In this document: in pieces, positions 55,894-64,000 of the stretch
Layout: each line of letters begins with the position of its first letter
Numbering within the stretch: position 1 is the stretch's first letter
From: Kudoa neothunni
Taxonomy: Eukaryota > Animalia > Cnidaria
DNA length: 64,000 nucleotides
Direction of reading: 5' to 3'
Assembly (NCBI GenBank): GCA_964304625.1
Contig: OZ199838.1
Location: 1,715,927 to 1,779,926 of the forward strand
Notes under the pieces: generated by a model
Seen by the model: the letters and a program-made list of their open reading frames with translations, nothing else
Told to the model about the DNA's origin: nothing
The model's database searches: none
Made by a program: the position numbers and the translations under genes

Positions 55894-57447
55894 TTAGACG
55901 TTTGGTTGTGGGGAGAGTTGGAAAGTAGTTGATGTTGATGGATCCGGAATTACTTTGATGAAAAAATGAGTGATTCCCATACAAACGTATAAACAAGCGA
56001 AGAGCATCAAAAATATTTGATTGCGTTTGTCGTCGCGTATGTACAACGAGATGTAGTAGAGCCCAACGCTGAAAATATTTGAAATGGTCATCGCCATGGT
56101 GACGGGAATGTTGGCGGACATTGGAGCACAAGCCTTGGACATGATATCATACCCTATACTCATGTAAGGTGAAGCAGCCATTCCATACACGATGATTAAT
56201 GTGATTATGCTTGCTTGGTTGTGAATCTTATAATGCGAAAGGACAAACGAAACAAACAAAGGTACAGCACTTAGAAACATCGACAATGAAGAAGCCCATA
56301 TCGATATTTTAAAAGATCGACTTTTTCCAATTAAAACACATAGCCCCCCTGAAAATATTGCTCCAACAACGATTGCAATTGGACCGCCATAACTGATAAG
56401 GATATTTGCACTGGGCCCTAAATTTTCAGTTATCTAAATAAAAAATAAAACTTATCGTTTCATACAAATAAGCTATACCATATTGCTGAGAATGATGCAA
56501 AAAATCGAAACCATTGCATAGTACAACCCATAAATGATAAAAAGGATAACAAACACGGGTGACTTTAGTAGCTTCCACATATTGCGTAGTGCCTCCTTAA
56601 TTGACTCAAGCATATATTTCATTGTTTGTTTGAAACCATCGTTTCTCTCATTATCTATTGTTGTATTGGTTGTGGAATTGGATGATGGTATCACTATCAA
56701 TGCAGCTACAAAAATTACCTAAATAGCAAAACCAAATTAGATGGCACGTGGAATTGCATACAAAATGAGACATTATAAACATACAACGCTTAGTACACTC
56801 TCAGTCCCAGTAATTATTATAAATCTTTTCTGCATCTGTATTATATCCTCAGTTTGACCCATCATAAGAGGTGAAAATACATATCCTACGGCGGTTCCAA
56901 GAATATTTCCATTCATAATCAAACTGGTCGAAATTAGTAGATGATGTTCCTCGAAAAATACCGCCGAAACCAGCGAAGGTATATTTTTTAGAAGACACTG
57001 CGAAAACGATACTATCACATTACCTATCATTACCATCCAAAAGGACGTTTCAACGTGGTTGACGGTAGTCCCGTTAAAGTATCCCAATAGGAAAGCGAAG
57101 GTTCTCATAACACATCCAACGAGTATCAATATAGATCCGGTTAGAATACAACGTTTGATTCCTATTAGTTGTGGTATGAAAATCGAAGGAATTGATTGGA
57201 TTGCAAATGTGACAAAAAACACTGCTGACAACCATTCACAGACTGACGAACTTTTTCCAAAATAATTCATTGTCGAATTAGTCACTGCTGAAAGACTTAT
57301 CCAAATTTCGTTTAAGAGTAGCAAACTAATAGAGAGAATACCCACCACAATGAACCTTCGACAACCGGACTTTTTATTATCAGATCTGTGTTGCTCTTGA
57401 CATGATGGATGGTTTTTTACTGTATTCTCTGTCTCAACTTCAGTCAT
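55894..57447 (-). CDS. MFS transporter, SLC49 (FLVCR/DIRC2-like), copy 1; 2 introns
   Basis: RRFIVVGILSISLLLLNEIWISLSAV, WLSAVF and SQCLLKNIPSLVSAVFF...MNGNILGTAVGYVFSP resemble SLC49 TM1 and TM4-5. About 12 hydrophobic segments. Confidence 0.8.
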
Positions 57448-58612
57448 TTCGATTAAACCTAAACACAGTGTCTCCACCAGATAATAATAACAATCGGGAT
57501 TATCATTAAATATTTATTAATTAATCAAAAATGTTCCATCTAGTGAGACTTGTACAAAAAAGTGTAAGCTGTTTGAATAAAAAATATTCCAGAAACGGAA
57601 TTATTAACTAACATCGCAATTAAATGGCTAATTGGTGAAACCGAGTTGTTGCAATATATTTAAATCGATAATAATATTTATTTATGGGATTAAAAAAATA
57701 TTATTCAGTTTTTTCGAGATAGGCAAGATTATTTTATCCACTATATTCTCATTTTCACATATTGTAGGTGCTAACACGATAGCTATTTAAGTTGGTTCTT
57801 TCTTTAATATAATTATTTAATTTTAGGTTATACTTAATAAATCAAATATTTTCCAATAAAATTATAAAAATGAGCATATTTATGAAAATATATCTGTAGT
57901 GACAATTTGGAATTAACAATTCTGGTATTTTTATTTGTATAACAGTTAATCGTGAATTTGTTATCATGTAGTATAGATAAACATATCTTTTTGTGTAAAT
58001 ATAGGGAGATAATTGGAGGAACTAGCACAGCGATGAAAATTAGAGTAATTCATTTTGTATAATGCACATATTACTACGTACTTTTAAACTAACTTAACAA
58101 ATCGACATTTTACACCGCTTTCCTCAATTGTATTTTAATGTCAAGGCTATTATCGGCGAATTTACGTCATAGCGACGAAGAAAACGAAGTTCACATTCGT
58201 GAACTAACCTATACAGTGTTATCGCGAATATTGTCTTAGAAGCACCGTCATTCGTTCAGTTGCCTCATATTGGATTGATTCCATGATATTTAAAATTAAT
58301 AAGATATTGGAATATGTTTATTTGATAATGACATGTAAAAGATGTCTAGCCGTGAGCTTTAATTTAAAGCTAACAGGCGTATTTTTAGAATGATTTGATT
58401 GTTTTTTAACGTTTTAAATATAAACGGCACACACGTACACATCTGTTGATGTCAAAACAAAGATAGCATAAAAGAAACATGATTTTGACGTATTAAAGAT
58501 TTTCTACTAGCTAAGAAAAATTTTAATGTATTTAGATTAGTTATTGTTGTATATGCGGAGGTGGATGTGGATACTGAATAAGCAGAGAATGTTATTTCGG
58601 TCGTTCAATTGT

Positions 58613-59751
58613 TTATCGAGCATCAAAGTCTAAATTAAAATTTACCATTACAACGAAGGAATAAAACAATATTCGAAAATAATTTACTTTTTTGATTGTG
58701 GTACAATATGTCGAATAAAATTTGATCATATCTTCTTATACCATGAACAAAATAAAATGGGAATTCTTCTTGGATTAATTCAAGACTTTCGTATAAATCA
58801 ACATTTTTCATTGAATACATGCTGTAGTCTTCGTTATTTCTCATCGCTGTGTTACAAAATTTCAAAAGATAACCAATATTGGCATCGCTATTGACTAAAT
58901 TTTGACGTTTTTTAGCAGTTGAAAGTAAACACGTCAATTTTTTTGATTTGAAGAAGTATCCTCCACCAGCACAATATGGCGGGAAAATATCGTTTACGAA
59001 GGGGTGTGGTGGCTCGTAATTTTTATGCTCTTCCTCTGTTACCAACTCTGAATCATAATACCTGAATTAAGAATAAATTTAAAAAATACAGACAGCTGAT
59101 ATCGACAAGCCAATTTGAAACTTACAATAAACCTTCATAGTCCACATTTTCATTTAGCATTGCTTTCAAGTGTCTCAGATATTTTTTCATGGAAACATAA
59201 ACATCATCATCCGTTTTGACAATGTACTTCAATGAGGGATTATTAAGTTTATGTATCTTCTCTAAAGATGCCAACAGTTTTTTCCCAACATTATTATATT
59301 GTTCAGGAATTTCATTGTGTATAATAAGATCTTGATATAGCTGGTTTTCGCGTCTAACTTGCCTCAATGCATCATTGTCTTTGTAACCAACTTGAAAATA
59401 AACCACATACGACATTACGTCTGACATTTCTTTTTTCGAATAATGGGACCAGGTTGCGCGGATGGCACATCTTGATTCGTAATCATCTACTTTTGAATCG
59501 ACCAGCACTATCACCTCAGGATCTTCAATTATGATCGGAGGCGCATTTTGTGAATTTTCGTCTTCAATCAATTCCATACAGTTGGTATATATCTTTTTGG
59601 CCTGCCAGTTATAGCTCTTTATCTCGGCCTGTTTTAGTAACTTTAGTGTGGGTGAGTTGATATTTATATTTCGGGTATTTGCTCTCATCAAGATGCTTGT
59701 AATAAGTATAATTACCAATAGCATTTTTTCACTTATTGTCATATATGCCAT
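58613..59751 (-). CDS. GT31-family glycosyltransferase, copy 2
   Basis: Ungapped colinear paralogue of copy 1 (both first-exon ORFs are 209 aa) with the same intron positions; KTDDDVYV, FPPYCAGGGY. Confidence 0.88.
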
Positions 59752-60426
59752 TACAGATTTTTTTTTGAATGAACTACAACTACAAGAAAGTTTTTAAAGA
59801 ATGCCGGTCCTTGTTAATTTATGCAATCATAGGCATTAATTTCGCCAAGTAAAATCACAAACAGCATTTTTGCAACATAAATAAACGTTAACTCTAACAA
59901 CACTTCCTTTCTTATTCCCCAAAGCATCACACACGACATATATACAAAAATTTATTTAATCATGGACTAATTTTTTTAATTGAAATACTTACTGCAATAA
60001 TTAAGTATGTCTAAAAAATAGAATCTTCCTAATTTTTTTCTGTATTCCATTAAATTAAATTTTTGGTTGTATAAGAATTTAATGTTTAACTGTTTGCAAA
60101 AATTTTAAATCTTTGGAGGACTTGTGCGAATACGCCGTGTCTCCATAGGCTAGCTAATTATGCCACTTATTTTATAACAAGAATATTATTGTGTAATTTA
60201 CTTTTTTTGAAATAATTTTTGTTTCAATGATAAAATTATTTTTTATATAATTTTAATAGTTTGCAATTTATGTCAGGTAAGAAAGGAGGTTTTTTAATTC
60301 AAGATAAAATAATAGAGGACAGGTTTTACTAAGAAAATAAATACATATTTTGAATAATAAGGTTGATCTTCAAATTTAATCAATTACTTTCATAATCTCA
60401 TTAAAAATTATTAGAATAAAGTTTAA

Positions 60427-61130
60427 CCTGCGGAGCGCCTCAAAATCGACTATACACTTGGTGCTGTTGGGGTCAAATTGACCCTAGGTTTTTATTACAC
60501 CTTTAAATGCAATAAATAATTATGTAATCATGGGTAAAATTAAATCAAAATTTATAGACAAATTTCTGTTGTACTTTAACCAAGATTTATAATGCATGTA
60601 AAAGAAAAAGTTCGAATTCGTGTAAATTTGTTAGCGCAATCTCTGTTTTTGTCAACTTGGACATTATTTAGCTAATTATTGAAATAACTCTATTTTTGTT
60701 ATGCAACAACGATAGAACTTTTTTACAAAAATATTGATATAATAAGCTCATCTGTAACGTGAGAAACAAATTAGTTTCCTATGGTGGGTAACCATTTTTA
60801 CGAAATCCCCTCGGGGACACTGAAAAAGTAAAACTAGTCATTTAATCATTTTTACGCAGCTTGGCGCAGTTTGGCGCGTACATAAAACAATAGGTTTTTT
60901 ATATCGCCCTTTGGATATAATTTAAGCCATATAAAACATTATTCTTCTCGCAAAACACATTCAAATCCCCATCATTATAGTAAGATCCACCAGAACTTGA
61001 CTACCAATAATTATAATGAGTGACATAATCTATCTTGTTAGTATCGTTATCACAATCAATTGGAAAAATCTCATCAAATTCTTCCATGAGCTTTTGTCAG
61101 CACGCTTCGGGTGAATTTACGCGAACAGGA
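60427..61130 (-). mobile_element. piggyBac-type remnant
   Basis: TTAA|cc terminus, ggggtcaaattgaccc subterminal palindrome, and an acidic transposase-like N-terminus MEEFDEIFPIDCDND on the minus strand. Right boundary uncertain. Confidence 0.5.
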
Positions 61131-61354
61131 CGAAAAAACCTTATAATCAATAATATCAAATGTTAATAGCATATTTAATTTAAAAAAAAATTAATTTAAG
61201 AAAATTTATAAGTATGTAATTTTTACTATATATACAAATTCTAATAAAACAAAGATTTTAAGTAAATGATAGAAACGAAAACAAAAACTTTATATTGTAT
61301 ATAAAATTTGATTTAGTGGTTTTTATTGTAAATAAGACATGTGTGTTCAAAAGA

Positions 61355-62893
61355 CTAGGCGCTGGAATCTTGTGGTCGGATTTTGATGAAAAAGTGTGCA
61401 ATACCCATAACAATGTATAGACATGCAAAAAGTATCAAAAATGTTTGATTACGCCAACCTTCAGGAACATATGGAGCCCCATAAGTGAGAATAACGCTGA
61501 AAACATTAGAGAAGATTAGCGCAACTGTCACAGGAATATTTTCGGGAATAGGATGTGCAGCCTTGGGACATAATATCATAGCCCAAACTTAGGTAGGGTG
61601 CAGCAACCATGCCATAAAAAATTGTAAGGATTGCAATGGAAGATTCGGTGTGTATTTTAAAATGAGAGAGAATAAACATGATGAACAAAGGAATAGCATT
61701 CACGAACATCAACAGTGATGAGACCACTATAGATATTCTGAAGGATCCGTATTTTACAATCAACCAACACAGCACAGCAGTGAATGCCACACCAGAAAGC
61801 ACTGCCAACGAACCTCCATAACTGATAAGAAAATTAGGGTTGGTATTCAAATTTTCCATAATCTAAAAATTATATACACTACATTCTCACAAACCTTTCA
61901 TACAATCCCATTAAGCATAAATGTAGAAGAGAGACGAAAATGAATAATAAAATCCATAGATGACGAACAGCAATATAAATTTAAACGACTTTAATAATAG
62001 CCACATGCTTTGAAATGCTTCTTTGATTGACTTCAATAGGTAGATCCACTTCGGTCGGAAACTTGCACTCTCTTCAGGTTTAACCATGTTATCATCTGTA
62101 CTGGGGTCCGACGACGGTATTACCAATATAGATGCTATAAAAAGCATCTAAATTACAGAGGAAATATTAAGATATATCGATATGAAATTAAGACAAATAT
62201 TTTTGTAGACATACTGCGCATAAAACGCTTTCAGTACCAGTAATTATTAAGTATCTTTTTTGCATTTGTTGCATATCACTAGTTTGGCCCATAACAAGAG
62301 GTGAAAACACAAATCCCACAGCAGTCCCCAACAATACTTCCATTTACAATCAAAGTGGTGGAAGTAAGTTGTTGATGCTCCTCAAAATATACTGACGAGA
62401 CCAACGAAGGTATGTTATTTAAAACACACTGTGACAGCGAAACAATCACATTGCCGAGCATAACCACCCAAAACGAAATATGGATGTAGTCTGATGGAGT
62501 GTCGTTATGGTATCCTAACAGGAAAGCCAAAGTTCTTAAAAGGCATCCAATAAATATCAAAGTGGTTCCTGCAACTATACATCGCTTGATTCCTATCAAC
62601 TGAGGTAAGAATAAAGAGGGAATGGCTTGAAATGCAAATGTAACAAAAAACACCACTGAAAACCATTCACAGACAACAGAGCTTTTTTTAAAATAACTCA
62701 TTGTGGAATTGTTCACCGCTGATAAACTTATCCCATATTTCGCACACAAGCAACAAACCAATAGAAAGGATTGCGGATATAAGAAATTTTCTAACCCCGG
62801 ACTTTTTCGTATTAGGTACATTAGAGGTAGTAGGTTGTGGGGGGTTGTGAATCTAATGACCCATTCGGATTCGTACTCCCCCAACTTAACCAT
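61355..62893 (-). CDS. MFS transporter, SLC49-like, copy 2; about 6 single-base insertions (assembly error or young pseudogene)
   Basis: Paralogous to copy 1 with the same introns. Removing one base from G/C/T runs near 62880, 62845, 62730, 62328, 61920 and 61566 restores a continuous frame with no nonsense codons seen. Confidence 0.75.
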
Positions 62894-64000
62894 GCTTTTT
62901 TACGCTAAGCACTCAGTGTCAATCTACTCTAACTCGATCAGACTAAGGATTAGCAATCACATTGGTATAACCAACCGATATTTCTGGCAGACAGGCGAAG
63001 GTTTTTGAATAATCTCCTACCTCTTTGGTGGTTCTTGTTGCTAATATTAGTGGGGTTAGTGATTTATATCATTTTTTATTAACGTTAATTTGAATGTATC
63101 GAGGAATTGTGAGTTATCGGTTCCCACAAGTCATTATACAATAAGATTAATAATCCTTTATTTATTCTGATTATTTTGAAAACATGGACTACGTTGAAAT
63201 TGAACTCATTCCCTTAGGTATTTCTAGCAGCAACCACAAATTACTGGATTAGCTCGTGGGATTATTGTTTATTTGCTTGTTATTCGTAAAACGTATTTTG
63301 TGAAATATGCCTATTGCGCACATTTTCGAGGATTAGAAAAAAACTGTGCAATAAATATTATTCAGTTTTTCGTTACTTTTTATTATCGATCCCATCTTTT
63401 TCGACAGAATTGATTTTTTAACCAAAATTGTTTATAACTTTAAATCAAACTTCCTGTCACATTAAAATTTGGTTTTTTAATCGAAAACTCAATTATTAAA
63501 GCTTAATAACACGGCCCCAACTCAGTGCGCATGCGCGGGGTGTGATTTTTAGAGGGCTGCGAGCGGAGTTTTAAAAAAACCCAAAGTCGAGAAAAACACT
63601 ACTTTAAGGTACACACAAAAAATAGAATCATATCTATGAAAGTTTTTAATCTTCTTCCGATTCAATAAATACGTCTTCACACATAAAATTTAAATTAATC
63701 GTCGTATGATTACGAAATTTTGGCGTGAATACTCACTCACGATTAATTACTTCATAATTCAAAATATATTTTGGAATAACTTTTAAATTATCTAAAAAAG
63801 CGCGATAATGTTTACTGAGTAATTGTGTAATCGTGTCATGTTAAACAATCTAATGTGCTGTCGTTCCATATCGCAAATGTTTTAAACCCTGCATGCCGGT
63901 GGTTCCCGCACCCCTAAGGGTATAAATTGTGGGTTTGAGGATGCGAGACTCGATTACAACAGAAAATAATATTTGAGAAAATGTGAGTCAGCTACACCTT

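Overview
AT-rich, intron-dense eukaryotic (animal-type) DNA. Most introns are GT-AG and only ~40-70 nt, and the proteins look fast-evolving. This fits a reduced parasitic animal such as a myxosporean, but that is inference only. Manual splicing recovers eleven genes: an SLC9/NHE Na+/H+ exchanger (-), RBM7 (+), GTF2F2 (-; not evident from the ORF track), dyskerin DKC1 (-) head-to-head with RSL24D1 (+), an orphan ~800-aa type I surface protein built of Cys-braced FN3-like modules (+), DDX3/PL10 (+; one 4.2-kb intron), and two tandem GT31 glycosyltransferase + SLC49/FLVCR-type MFS transporter pairs (all -). Intergenic DNA is a mosaic of decayed DNA transposons: piggyBac, hAT, Helitron, Mutator/SWIM, pogo/Tigger and Merlin. 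Best novelty candidates: the modular surface protein, the co-duplicated GT31-SLC49 cassette with conserved upstream blocks, a Mutator-like element with TTAA/AGG ends, and a Thr-Ala-Ala-coding 9-mer array inside a piggyBac-type MITE. Several genes carry single-base indels in homopolymers that are probably assembly errors. All calls were made by eye; no searches were run.
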